Assembly: GCA_947631995.1 (NCBI GenBank) | Contig: CANRNT010000009.1 | Location: 956-64,955, forward strand | Source of the DNA: an uncultured Clostridia bacterium | GTDB taxonomy: Bacteria; Bacillota; Clostridia; Oscillospirales; Ruminococcaceae | Direction: 5' to 3' | DNA length: 64,000 bases | In this document: positions 9,930 through 19,378 of the stretch, one piece after another | How the letters are laid out: every line of letters starts with the position of its first letter | How positions within the stretch are numbered: position 1 is the first letter of the stretch | Made by a program: the position numbers and the translations under genes | Notes under the pieces: generated by a model | Database searches by the model: none | The model's input: the letters and a program-made list of their open reading frames with translations, nothing else | What the model was told of the DNA's origin: nothing

Positions 9930-10832
9930 TTACTGTTTTTCACTATTCTGCATATCGGGCTGAGAGGTAAAATGCTTATCAAGCACGGCGTCGCACGAAG
10001 CGCCAAGCCCCAGATAAATAATATTATCCAGTATCGGTCGAAAGCCGTTCATATCGAGCTTTACATATCTGTCGGCAAGCTCCGCAAGCGTCATATTCAC
10101 GCTGCCTCTGACATACTCCTTTATCCTTGCGCAGTCGCTTTCGGAAATATCTTCTCCCAGCTCAAGCTCTTTGATAAGCGGATTATACTCACCTTTTTTC
10201 AGATCGGATCTCAGATCGTCGGCTGCGTCGCACAGGTAGACAAATCTTCCTATGAAGTACCCAAATCCTTTAAGCAGAGGCTTTTTTGTCTCGTCGTCAG
10301 AAAGTCCCTGCGCTATATTTTCCATTATACAAGCGGACGGCTGTATAGCCTCGTCGATACTGATACCCTGCGTTTTTTCCGCTTGTAGCTGAAGCTTCAT
10401 CTGGTATTCTATGCTTTCCGCCAGAGCGGGATACTTTCCTCTTGCCTTTTTATACCCTTTTTTCATAAACAAGAGCATAAAGCGCGCTGTAAGCTTTTTG
10501 AAAACACCGCCGTCTGCAACGTCGTCTCTCAGCTTATGATATATAAGTATCTGCGCGGCGGCGGACGGATAGTCATACCCCTCATCACAGAACGCGCACG
10601 GACGCTTTTTCAACGGGTGTGCTATACATCTGCACGGTTTTACGGCAGGCAGCCTGTCGCAGAGTGAAAATGCTGACAGCGCAAGAAAAGCGAAATCGTA
10701 ACTCAGAGCCATACGCGGCACAAGTCCGTACTCCTTGCCGATATGCTTACAAAGTCCGCAATATACCGCTTTATACGTTTCATACTCGCAGATACGAAGC
10801 TGCGGCTTGAACACTTTTACATAACCGAACAT
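9930..10832 (-). CDS. DUF5685-like protein (function unknown)
   Basis: The N-terminal MFGYVKVFKPQLRICEYETYKAVYCGLCKHIG pattern is what I recognise as the DUF5685 family. It lies directly upstream of the J-domain gene. Confidence 0.7.
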   Translation of the reverse strand: MFGYVKVFKPQLRICEYETYKAVYCGLCKHIGKEYGLVPRMALSYDFAFLALSAFSLCDRLPAVKPCRCIAHPLKKRPCAFCDEGYDYPSAAAQILIYHKLRDDVADGGVFKKLTARFMLLFMKKGYKKARGKYPALAESIEYQMKLQLQAEKTQGISIDEAIQPSACIMENIAQGLSDDETKKPLLKGFGYFIGRFVYLCDAADDLRSDLKKGEYNPLIKELELGEDISESDCARIKEYVRGSVNMTLAELADRYVKLDMNGFRPILDNIIYLGLGASCDAVLDKHFTSQPDMQNSEKQ

Positions 10833-10856
10833 TACGTCTGCAAGCTCCCTCCGTTA

Positions 10857-10886
10857 ATTGTAACATATTTTGATATAAAAAGTCAA
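10857..10886 (-). promoter_or_regulatory. Candidate sigma-A promoter for the DUF5685 / J-domain pair
   Basis: Minus strand reads TTGACT (10886-10881), 17-18 nt spacer, TGtTACAAT (TACAAT at 10862-10857). A GGAGGGA RBS precedes the ATG. Confidence 0.4.
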
Positions 10887-10930
10887 TATATTTAAAAAAT
10901 TTTAAGATTTTACCTTATGCGGCAGGTCGG

Positions 10931-12607
10931 TCAGTTTTTATTGCGTGCTGACGATATAAGCTCTGCGGCATTTTTCATTGTAGTTTCCGAAATGTTCTCT
11001 CCGCCGATTATCCTTGCTATCTCGTCTATCCTGCCCTTTTCATCAAGGCAGAAAACGCCTGTCCGCGTCTTTCCGTTTTCGGTACGCTTTTCTATAAGCA
11101 AATGGTTATCCGCCTGAACTGCTATCTGCGACAAGTGCGTTACGCAAAGCACCTGTCTGTTTTTCGCTATATCATGCAGTTTTATACCTATCTTCTGCGC
11201 GGCTCTTCCGCTGACGCCCGTATCTATCTCGTCAAATATCATTGTAGGTATATCGTCCTTATCCGCAAGAACGCTTTTAAGCGCGAGCATTATCCTTGAA
11301 AGCTCTCCGCCGGAGGCTATCTTGCTTATCGGCTTTGGTTCTTCGCCGGCGTTTGCGCTGATGAGCAGCTCTATGCTGTCCATTCCGCTGACGGTGAGCT
11401 TGCCTTTAGTTTGTGTAAAGGCAAGCTTTACGTTTGGCATATTGAGAAATTCAAGCTCCTTTGCAACGCTGCTGCAAAAACGCTTTGCAGCCTCTTCCCT
11501 TATCTTTGACAGCTTTGCCGCCTTATGCGACACCTCCACCAACAACTGCTGACGCTGTTGATGAAGCTTATCTATATCGCTTTCGCTGCCCGTCAGTTTA
11601 AGCAGTTCTTCTCCCGAGCTTTCACAAAGCTCTATCAGGCCGTTCACATCGGTATCATACTTACGTTTCATTATAAGTATATCGTCCCTGCGTTTGCTTA
11701 TGCGCGCATACTCCTGCGGCTCTATCTCTATGCTGCCCGAAAACCTCATCAGCAGCGACGCGATATCGTCAAGCTCTATTTTAAGTGAAGCAAGCCTTTT
11801 TATTATAGGCTCAAGGTCGGAAAACTCTTCTGTAAAGGCTTCCAAGCTTTCCTGCGCTTCCGATATGAGCGTAGCGGCGCCAAAAGCCTCAGCCTCATCG
11901 CCGTATAGCTGTGCTATTGCGGCAGAAAGGGCTGTTGACAATTCCCTTGAAGCGTCGGCAAGCTCGAAGCGTTTTTCTATCTCGGTATCCTCGTCGGGAC
12001 GAAGCTCCATAGGCTTCAGGTCGTTTATGATCTCGGCAAGCTTTGCTATTCTCTGCGACCTGTTCTGCTCGTCGCCTGCGGCACGCTTTATTTCTCTTGA
12101 AACGCTTTGCAGCTTTTTGAAGCACGCCTTATAGTCCTCCAGCTCTGCGTCGTCATCGGCAAATATATCTATCAGCTCGAGGTGTCTTTCCGAAGACAGC
12201 AGCGACTGATTATCATGTTGACCGTGTATATTAACGAGCATAGGCGAAATACTTTTCAGCAATGCAACGCTTACGGGTCTGGAATTGAGCCTTACGACGC
12301 TTCCCCCGTCGGAGCTTATCTCTCTTGTTATGACTATCTGATCGCCGTCGCACTCAATGCCGTTTTCGTTGAGCAGAGATACAAGCTGCGCACCTATTCT
12401 GTCAAACACCGCGGTAATGACGGCTTTCTTTTCGCCGCTCCTTACGATATCCTTTGTAACTCGCTGACCGAGCACGGCGTTAATGCCGTTTATAAGTATA
12501 GACTTACCTGCTCCTGTTTCTCCCGTAAAAACGTTCAGACCGTCGGTAAAAACTATTTCGGCTTTCTCTATAACGGCAAGGTCCTCTATATAAAGCTCCT
12601 TCAACAT
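10931..12607 (-). CDS. recN: DNA repair protein RecN
   Basis: Walker A GETGAGKS near the N-terminus, long coiled-coil middle, C-terminal SGGELSRIMLA signature and Walker B MIFDEID. Confidence 0.95.
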   Translation of the reverse strand: MLKELYIEDLAVIEKAEIVFTDGLNVFTGETGAGKSILINGINAVLGQRVTKDIVRSGEKKAVITAVFDRIGAQLVSLLNENGIECDGDQIVITREISSDGGSVVRLNSRPVSVALLKSISPMLVNIHGQHDNQSLLSSERHLELIDIFADDDAELEDYKACFKKLQSVSREIKRAAGDEQNRSQRIAKLAEIINDLKPMELRPDEDTEIEKRFELADASRELSTALSAAIAQLYGDEAEAFGAATLISEAQESLEAFTEEFSDLEPIIKRLASLKIELDDIASLLMRFSGSIEIEPQEYARISKRRDDILIMKRKYDTDVNGLIELCESSGEELLKLTGSESDIDKLHQQRQQLLVEVSHKAAKLSKIREEAAKRFCSSVAKELEFLNMPNVKLAFTQTKGKLTVSGMDSIELLISANAGEEPKPISKIASGGELSRIMLALKSVLADKDDIPTMIFDEIDTGVSGRAAQKIGIKLHDIAKNRQVLCVTHLSQIAVQADNHLLIEKRTENGKTRTGVFCLDEKGRIDEIARIIGGENISETTMKNAAELISSARNKN

Positions 12608-12651
12608 CTGTGCGCGGCACCTCCTTACTTATAATATCATTCGGCTTACTG

Positions 12652-14145
12652 CTATGTCACGTCGTATTCGACCGTATTGCTTACGGGCACATAGTAGCCG
12701 TTAACATAAGCCAGCAGCGTTACCTCATAGTGACCCGGAACAGTCAATAAATCGATCTCCTGCCAAGGCAGTACTGTCTCATTCTCGGCGCCTCTTTCTA
12801 AAACCACGACGCCGTTTCGCTTTATTTCCCAAACCAGGTTGTTGTATGTTTCGATAACGTCTTCTTCACGGCAGGGGCGGCTGTTATCATCGAGCCATAT
12901 CTCCTCGGTTATGCCGTTTTTCTCGGAGGCGGCTGCTTTACCTCTCTCTGTACCCGAAAGGTAATTGCTTATGTCTTCTCCGTCGCACATAACGTTTGCT
13001 TTGCAGTCTTCCATATAAGAGCTTTGGTCTATACCAACGACCGAGCCTGCCTCTAAGCCTTCTACCTCGCCTTGAACGGTGCAGCCCGAAACGCGGCAGT
13101 CTCTTGCATAGCTTATAACTATTCCGGGGGATCTGCCCGAAACATAGGCGTTTTCAAAATTAAGATCACTTACCGTGCAATATTTGCCTTTGCCTATAAA
13201 GCCTGCATAGTCAAGACAGTCTATATACATATTTTTAATGGTATGACCGTTGCCGTTGACGCTGCCTGTGAAATCATAATCAATGCCTGCGGCATACCAG
13301 CCCATAGGCGCCCAGCTGTAGCCTTCAAGGTCTATATCGTTTTCAATATTTATGGCAATGGGATATTTGCCGTCTTTGTTTGCACAATTGTTGAAATACA
13401 CCGCGCTTGCAAGCTGCTCTGGCGTTGAGACATTGAACAGGTAGCTTCCGTCCGCTTGTTTGCAGGAATTTATATATTCTTCATCTGCAAGAGAAACTAT
13501 ATCGCCTACATAGCCGTGAAGCTCCCAAAGCTCGCTGTTTACAGGCTCTTCGGAGGGATCGTAACCGGGCTCCAAGCCGTTATCTGCAAGATCTGCTCCC
13601 CAAGCATTGAGCCATTCATACATATTTACGAGCATATATGTACCCGGGCGGTTTATTCCGACCGACATAGCGCAGTTATCCTTATCCAGCACGCCGCTTT
13701 CAAGCTCCTGATAGAAGCCGTTTTCCTCGTCATACCACAAAAACAGGAGCGCGTCGGGGCGCACGCCTTTAAGCTCATTCGGATCATATATAAAAACAAG
13801 CTTGCCGCCTGCCACTTTATCGGTATCGAATTCAACTTCAACAGGCGCGCCGACCAATCCCACAACACCGCTGTGCAGAACGTGCCTGCCGTACAGATCC
13901 TCAAAATATACATCTTTTGAAATATCGATATCGTCTTTCGGGATAAGAAGCACATCCGTTACTGCCTTTGCGCCGTTTTCTCCAACAGTCGCGTGGGCAG
14001 GCTTTTTTTCGCTTTCCGAAGCACTCGATGATGTTTCAGATGACACTATGCCTTTATCGTTATCAGCCTCAGCGCTGTCAGGTCCGCAGCCTACAAAAGC
14101 TGCGATGATAAGCGTTATCATCAAAATAAAAACTGTTTTCTTCAT
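12652..14145 (-). CDS. Secreted lipoprotein with beta-helix-like repeat region (function unknown)
   Basis: ORF trimmed to the ATG at 14145 behind an AGGAGG RBS. Lipobox LIIAAFVGC. The C-terminal half has repeated hydrophobic-G-x-G turns reminiscent of GLUG / parallel beta-helix surface proteins. Confidence 0.7.
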   Translation of the reverse strand: MKKTVFILMITLIIAAFVGCGPDSAEADNDKGIVSSETSSSASESEKKPAHATVGENGAKAVTDVLLIPKDDIDISKDVYFEDLYGRHVLHSGVVGLVGAPVEVEFDTDKVAGGKLVFIYDPNELKGVRPDALLFLWYDEENGFYQELESGVLDKDNCAMSVGINRPGTYMLVNMYEWLNAWGADLADNGLEPGYDPSEEPVNSELWELHGYVGDIVSLADEEYINSCKQADGSYLFNVSTPEQLASAVYFNNCANKDGKYPIAINIENDIDLEGYSWAPMGWYAAGIDYDFTGSVNGNGHTIKNMYIDCLDYAGFIGKGKYCTVSDLNFENAYVSGRSPGIVISYARDCRVSGCTVQGEVEGLEAGSVVGIDQSSYMEDCKANVMCDGEDISNYLSGTERGKAAASEKNGITEEIWLDDNSRPCREEDVIETYNNLVWEIKRNGVVVLERGAENETVLPWQEIDLLTVPGHYEVTLLAYVNGYYVPVSNTVEYDVT

Positions 14146-14164
14146 TATGCCTCCTATTTTCGTC

Positions 14165-14629
14165 TCATGCCTGCTCTGCCGCTTCACCGCCCAGAACTTC
14201 AGCGAGTTTTGCAGCGTCCTCCTGAGTTCTGACCAGTACAAATATGGTATCGTCGCCCGCCAGCGTACCTACCACCTGCTCGAACGCCGCGGCGTCAAGC
14301 TTTGCGCATACCGCCTGCGCCATGCCTGTATGGCAGCGTATCACGACGGTATTTCCCGCATGATCGACCGACACTGCAAGGTCTTTCATAAGAGAATAAA
14401 GCTCCTCCATCGGTGACATTCTATGCTCTCGGTGCGGCAAAATGCTGTACCTGTACTGACCTTGCTCGCTGAGAGTTTTGACAAGTCCCATATCCTTTAT
14501 ATCTCTTGACACCGTTGCTTGAGTGACCTTAAATCCTATGGCTTCAAGCTCTGATTTAAGACTTTCCTGCGTATCTATATTTTTCTGGACTATCAGTTCT
14601 CTTATAGCCTGCTGGCGTTCTCTTTTCAT
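14165..14629 (-). CDS. argR: Arginine repressor
   Basis: Winged-helix N-terminus (QQAIRELI...TQESL...GFKVTQATVSRDIKDMGL) and C-terminal GTLAGDDTIFV oligomerisation/arginine-binding motif. Start set at ATG 14629, 6 nt after AAGGAG. The TTG at 14650 is judged an ORF-track extension. Confidence 0.9.
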   Translation of the reverse strand: MKRERQQAIRELIVQKNIDTQESLKSELEAIGFKVTQATVSRDIKDMGLVKTLSEQGQYRYSILPHREHRMSPMEELYSLMKDLAVSVDHAGNTVVIRCHTGMAQAVCAKLDAAAFEQVVGTLAGDDTIFVLVRTQEDAAKLAEVLGGEAAEQA

Positions 14630-14656
14630 CTCCGACTCCTTACCTTTCAAAACTCA

Positions 14657-15520
14657 TTATTCGCCTTTCATCGGCGTCATAAGCTTTTTACTTATCGAAT
14701 TATAGAAGCTGTTTCCTGTTATATCTATCAGAGATACTCTGCTTGCGCACCGTCTTATCTCAACGCGGTCGCTTGGAGAAAGCGAAAGCTCGCCTACGCC
14801 GTCCGCCGTGAGTATGACGTTTCCGCTCCCCTTTGAGGAGAACGATACCGTCAGCACGGAATCGGGCGAGAATATCATTGAGCGCGCAAAAAGCGAGTGC
14901 GGACATATCTGCGTGAACTCGATACATTCAAGCTCGGGCTCTATGAGCGGTCCGCCTGCCGAAAGAGAATACGCTGTCGCCCCGGTCGGCGTTGAAAATA
15001 TCAACCCGTCGGCGCGAAGCTCCGACACGACCGCTTCTCCCTTTGTCACCTTGAAATCGGCTATTTTGCAGTCCTCGCTCTTCATAAAAACTATATCATT
15101 GAGCGCGGCAAAGCTCTTTACCTCGCCGCTTTTCAAAATCACCTTGGCTTCTATCATCATTCTGTCGGACACGCTGTAATGCCCTTTGCAAAAGTCCTCC
15201 AAAAGATAAAGCTCATCGTGTTCAAGCGTTGCCATAAATCCCAGTCTTCCGCAATTAAGACCCAATATCGCTTTGCCGTAGCCCGACAGCTTTTTTGAAT
15301 GTTTAAGTATCGTTCCGTCGCCGCCCGAAACGAGTATCAGGTCACAGCTCCCTACTATATCCTCAGGCGCGCCGAACACTATCCTGTCGTCCTTGATAAT
15401 GCTCTTCAGTTCCTCATCGGCGTAAAGCTCACAGCCGTTTGCCACAAGGATATCGCACGCTTTTTTTGTATATTCCAGACAATGCTCCTTTTCGGGATTG
15501 GGGGAAATATATATTTTCAC
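14657..15520 (-). CDS. nadK: NAD kinase
   Basis: GGDGT motif, NxGxLGF motif (LNCGRLGFM) and TPTGATAYSLSAGGP motif. Confidence 0.9.
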   Translation of the reverse strand: MKIYISPNPEKEHCLEYTKKACDILVANGCELYADEELKSIIKDDRIVFGAPEDIVGSCDLILVSGGDGTILKHSKKLSGYGKAILGLNCGRLGFMATLEHDELYLLEDFCKGHYSVSDRMMIEAKVILKSGEVKSFAALNDIVFMKSEDCKIADFKVTKGEAVVSELRADGLIFSTPTGATAYSLSAGGPLIEPELECIEFTQICPHSLFARSMIFSPDSVLTVSFSSKGSGNVILTADGVGELSLSPSDRVEIRRCASRVSLIDITGNSFYNSISKKLMTPMKGE

Positions 15521-15543
15521 AGCCGAAGTCCTCCTTAACTGTC

Positions 15544-16350
15544 TTACTTTTTATTCAGAACGTCAAACGCTTCTCTGACGATATTATCCGTATCTATACC
15601 GCACACGCTCGGCTTGCCGTTAAACAGGCCATATATGAGATACTCTATATTGCCGTCGCCGCCCTTAACGGGGGAATATGTCGCGCCAACGAGCTTACAG
15701 CCAAGCTGCGCGGCAAGCTCGCACACGCCGTTCAGCGCAGCAATATGCGCCTTTTTATCCCTGACTATGCCGCCCTTGCCGACGGCGCTTTTCCCTGCTT
15801 CAAACTGCGGCTTTACAAGGCACACCAATTCGGCGTCCGCTTCAAGCACCGACAGCATATACGGCAGAGAAGTCCTTAACGAAATGAACGACAGGTCGGC
15901 GGTCATGATATCTATACGCTCCGAAAACATTTTTCTGTTAAGTTGTTTTACGCTTACGCCCTCCATATTGACAACGCGTCTGTCCTGCGCAAGGCGCTTG
16001 ACAAGCTGACCGTGTCCGACGTCTACAGCATAGACCTTTTTAGCTCCGCTTTGAAGCATGAGGTCGGTAAATCCTCCCGTTGACGCTCCTATATCCGCGC
16101 ACACTTTGTTCTTGATATCTATCCCGAACAACAGCACCGCGCGCTCCAGTTTAAGACCTGCTCTTGAGGCATATTTCAGCTCTCCTCCAGTAACAGTAAG
16201 CTCGTCCTCCTCGCTGACGGCATATGACGGCTTTAAAACGGTCTTTCCGTTTACCGAAACATGACCTGCAAGTATCATATCTTTAGCTCTCTGTCTTGAA
16301 GCGACGATACCTCTTTCGGCAAGCGCGCTGTCCAGACGGCATTGGCTCAT
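15544..16350 (-). CDS. tlyA: TlyA-family rRNA 2'-O-methyltransferase (hemolysin A-like)
   Basis: S4 domain (RLDSALAERG...SRQRAKDMI) plus FtsJ-like SAM motif DIGASTGGFTD. The ATG at 16350 forms an ATGA overlap with the dxs stop. Confidence 0.9.
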   Translation of the reverse strand: MSQCRLDSALAERGIVASRQRAKDMILAGHVSVNGKTVLKPSYAVSEEDELTVTGGELKYASRAGLKLERAVLLFGIDIKNKVCADIGASTGGFTDLMLQSGAKKVYAVDVGHGQLVKRLAQDRRVVNMEGVSVKQLNRKMFSERIDIMTADLSFISLRTSLPYMLSVLEADAELVCLVKPQFEAGKSAVGKGGIVRDKKAHIAALNGVCELAAQLGCKLVGATYSPVKGGDGNIEYLIYGLFNGKPSVCGIDTDNIVREAFDVLNKK

Positions 16351-18200
16351 TGGTTTTCCCTTTCTATCATTTCGGCTATCTTCTCCGCAGAAAGCGAACA
16401 CCTGTCAAGCAGGTCGTCAACTTCCGCATGGGGCAAAAAGCCCTCTATACAAACGGGAACGCAGTTTTTGTTTACAAGAGCTATCCTTTCCGCAACAGAG
16501 CCTTCCTTATAGCTCTCCTCAAATATGTAGACTTTTTTATACTTTTTGACTATTTTACTTATATCCTCGCCAAGCGGAAATATCTTCACAAGCTTCAGCA
16601 CGTCGCACACTATGCCCTTTTCGGAAAGTGTTTCACAGGCTTCAAGAACATTGTTATACACTCTGCCATAGGTCACTATAAGTATCTTACTGCTGTTTTT
16701 GGCGTATGTATAATTCGCTGATATCTCATATCTGCCTTTACACTCAAAAGGTTCGCCCTTAGGATATCTTACCGCGCAAAGACCCGTATCCTCGTTCACG
16801 GCTTTTTCTATGCACAATTCAAGCTCCTCGCTGCACGACGGAGAATATATCGAGGTATTCGGGATACTTGTCAGCATAGGCACATCGAACATACCCTGAT
16901 GGGTTTCTCCGTCTCCTGCGACTATCCCCGCTCTGTCAATTCCGAGGACAACGTGCAGTCCTGCTATTGAAACATCGTGCACAAGCTGGTCGTAGCACCT
17001 TTGCAGAAACGTCGAATAAACGGCGAAAACGGGGATAAGTCCTGCGCTTGCAAGACCTGCGCAGAATGTGACTGCGTGCTCCTCGGCTATGCCGACATCA
17101 AAAAATCTTGACGGGTATTTCTGTGCGAACAAATGCAGTCCGGTTCCGTACTTCATAGCGGCTGTGACGGCACATATCTTTTTATTCCTTGAAGCGAGCG
17201 CGCACAACTTTTTACCAAAACGTATCGAATAGCTGTCGCACATCTCAATATCGGGGTGACCTGTTTTTATCTCAAAAGAGCCTATCGCGTGGTACTCGCC
17301 CGAATTTGCTTCGGCAGGGGCATAGCCCTTTCCCTTTACCGTATTTACATGAATGATAACGGGTCTTTTCATGGCTTTTGCCTGCTTCAGCGCAAATTCA
17401 AGCTCCGCAAGATTATGCCCGTCTATCGGGCCGATATACTCAAATCCCATATCCTCAAAGAACGTGCTGTGTATAATAGCCTCTTTTATGGCGTTTTTCG
17501 ACACTCTTATGGTATTGGCCAGCGGCTTGCCGACAATGGGCGTTTTATTGAGGACATTTTCCACAGCGCCCTTAGTTTTTATGTAACTGTCTGTAGTACG
17601 GAGAGTCGACAGATATTTAGCAAAGCCGCCAACGTTCTTTGATATGGACATCTCGTTATGATTAAGGATAACTATTGTATTGGTATCGCTTTTTCCTGCG
17701 TTATTTATTCCCTCAAAGAACATTCCGCCTGTCGCAGCTCCGTCGCCTACTACCGCTATGGCGCAATGACGCCTGTCCCCTGCCAGACGCATAGCCGTTG
17801 CGTATCCCAGAGCCGCGGAAACGGCAGTAGAGCTATGACCGCACACAAAACAGTCATGCACCGACTCCGACGGTCTTGAAAAACCCGATATGCCGCCGCT
17901 CTGCCGGAGCGTTGAAAATTCATTCAGTCTGCCTGTAAGTATCTTATGCGTATACGACTGGTGGCTAACGTCCCAGACTATCTTATCCTTTGGCGAATCA
18001 AACACGCGGTGTACAGCCATTGTGAGCTCAACGACACCGAGATTGGACGCCAGATGTCCGCCATTTTTGGATACGGTATCTATGAGCAGCTTGCGTATCT
18101 GTTCACACAGGCTGTTACATTCCGCTATACTGAGCTTTTTCAGGTCTGCGGGCAGGTCGAGCGAATACAGATCGACCAAAGCTTCATTACCCATTTTCAC
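16347..18200 (-). CDS. dxs: 1-deoxy-D-xylulose-5-phosphate synthase (housekeeping copy)
   Basis: GGHLASNLGVVELT, DVSHQSYTHKILTGR, ThDP motif GDGAATGGM...NHNEMSI, and the classical ispA-dxs-tlyA context. Confidence 0.95.
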   Translation of the reverse strand: MKMGNEALVDLYSLDLPADLKKLSIAECNSLCEQIRKLLIDTVSKNGGHLASNLGVVELTMAVHRVFDSPKDKIVWDVSHQSYTHKILTGRLNEFSTLRQSGGISGFSRPSESVHDCFVCGHSSTAVSAALGYATAMRLAGDRRHCAIAVVGDGAATGGMFFEGINNAGKSDTNTIVILNHNEMSISKNVGGFAKYLSTLRTTDSYIKTKGAVENVLNKTPIVGKPLANTIRVSKNAIKEAIIHSTFFEDMGFEYIGPIDGHNLAELEFALKQAKAMKRPVIIHVNTVKGKGYAPAEANSGEYHAIGSFEIKTGHPDIEMCDSYSIRFGKKLCALASRNKKICAVTAAMKYGTGLHLFAQKYPSRFFDVGIAEEHAVTFCAGLASAGLIPVFAVYSTFLQRCYDQLVHDVSIAGLHVVLGIDRAGIVAGDGETHQGMFDVPMLTSIPNTSIYSPSCSEELELCIEKAVNEDTGLCAVRYPKGEPFECKGRYEISANYTYAKNSSKILIVTYGRVYNNVLEACETLSEKGIVCDVLKLVKIFPLGEDISKIVKKYKKVYIFEESYKEGSVAERIALVNKNCVPVCIEGFLPHAEVDDLLDRCSLSAEKIAEMIERENQ

Positions 18201-18229
18201 ATCTCCGTTTCCGACATTTTTGCCGTTGT

Positions 18230-19117
18230 TTATTTTCTGCGGTCTGTCAGCGCTTTTGTAAGCTCAACAAGGAACTCGCTGTTATTGAACCCTGTCAATA
18301 TATCCGCTGCCTGCTGTGACAGCTCTCTGCAAAGCTGCTCGGCCTTTTCAAGCCCTAAAAGCGTAACATAGGTGGACTTTTTCTGCTCTTTGTCGCTGCC
18401 TACGGGTTTTCCCAGCTCCTCAAACGTACCCGTGACGTCGAGTATATCGTCCCTTATCTGAAATGCCAGACCCAGCTTGTCCGCATATTTTCTTGCCAAG
18501 ATAATTTTTTCTTCATCGGCGTTTGCCAGGATACAGCCCATTTCACAAGCAGCCGATATCAGCGCGCCTGTTTTTTTTCTTTGAAGCTCCGCGAGTATTT
18601 CCTCCGAAATATCGCTGTTCTCCGAAAGCATATCTATTACCTGACCGCCTATCATTCCCTCAATGCCTATCGCTTTGCTCAGCACCTGCGTTGCTTTGAC
18701 GGCAGTTTCATATGATATTATGCCTTTTTCCGCGCTGTCGGCTATTATCTCAAACGGCAGCACGCTAAGCGCGTCGCCTGCCAGAAGCGCAATAGCCTCG
18801 GGATACGCCTTATGGCAGGAAAGTCTGCCGCGGCGGTAATCATCATTGTCCATACACGGCAGGTCGTCGTGTATCAGCGAAAAGGTATGCACAAGCTCTA
18901 TCGTACAGAATATATCGGTCAATTTATCCGTTTCCCTGCCGCCGCACATCTCATAAAACTTCATCATCAGTATCGGGCGAAGTCTTTTTCCGCCGCCCGA
19001 CAATGAATAGACAGCCGCCTGAGATACTTCGTCCGTAAGCTTATTGCCCGCAGGTATCAGCTTGCACAGTCGCTCGTTTATGATACCACACAGGCGGTCA
19101 ATCTGCTGCTTCATCAT
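18230..19117 (-). CDS. ispA: Polyprenyl (farnesyl/geranylgeranyl) diphosphate synthase
   Basis: First and second Asp-rich motifs LIHDDLPCMDNDDYRRG and FQIRDDILD. Start trimmed to ATG 19117 behind AAAGGGA. Confidence 0.9.
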   Translation of the reverse strand: MMKQQIDRLCGIINERLCKLIPAGNKLTDEVSQAAVYSLSGGGKRLRPILMMKFYEMCGGRETDKLTDIFCTIELVHTFSLIHDDLPCMDNDDYRRGRLSCHKAYPEAIALLAGDALSVLPFEIIADSAEKGIISYETAVKATQVLSKAIGIEGMIGGQVIDMLSENSDISEEILAELQRKKTGALISAACEMGCILANADEEKIILARKYADKLGLAFQIRDDILDVTGTFEELGKPVGSDKEQKKSTYVTLLGLEKAEQLCRELSQQAADILTGFNNSEFLVELTKALTDRRK

Positions 19118-19310
19118 TATATTCCCTTTCAACGCCGTTTTCGTCCAACACGGATATCTGCATTTTTGCTCCGTCCAGTTTTTTCTTGCAGTCAGCCGCA
19201 AGCCCGATACCCTCTTTATACAGAGCTATCGACTCGTCCAGCGACAACTTGCCGCTCTCCAAAGACTCATTTATCTGTTCGAGGCGCTTAACAGCTTCCT
19301 CAAATGACAT
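19098..19310 (-). CDS. xseB: Exodeoxyribonuclease VII small subunit
   Basis: MSFEEAVKRLEQINESLESGKLSLDESIALYKEG is a typical XseB. It sits directly after xseA. Confidence 0.9.
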   Translation of the reverse strand: MSFEEAVKRLEQINESLESGKLSLDESIALYKEGIGLAADCKKKLDGAKMQISVLDENGVEREYNDEAAD

Positions 19311-19378
19311 ATCATTTTTCGTGCTTTCAACATTTCCCACTATGCACACTTCCTTTATACAGTCTATATTCCATACTG

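Noticed and set aside
14630-14650. N-terminal extensions offered by the ORF track for argR (TTG 14650), tlyA (16401), ispA (19201), xseB (19349), nusB (21964), spoIIIAH (23105), the NuoE-like gene (41061), the GHL10 gene (35121), the lipoprotein (14241) and several plus-strand genes (4144, 50513, 59588, 61612, 62759).
   Set aside because: In each case an internal ATG lies 5-10 nt after a Shine-Dalgarno-like element. That ATG gives the family-typical N-terminus or a proper signal peptide. The extensions overlap upstream genes or contain the RBS itself.
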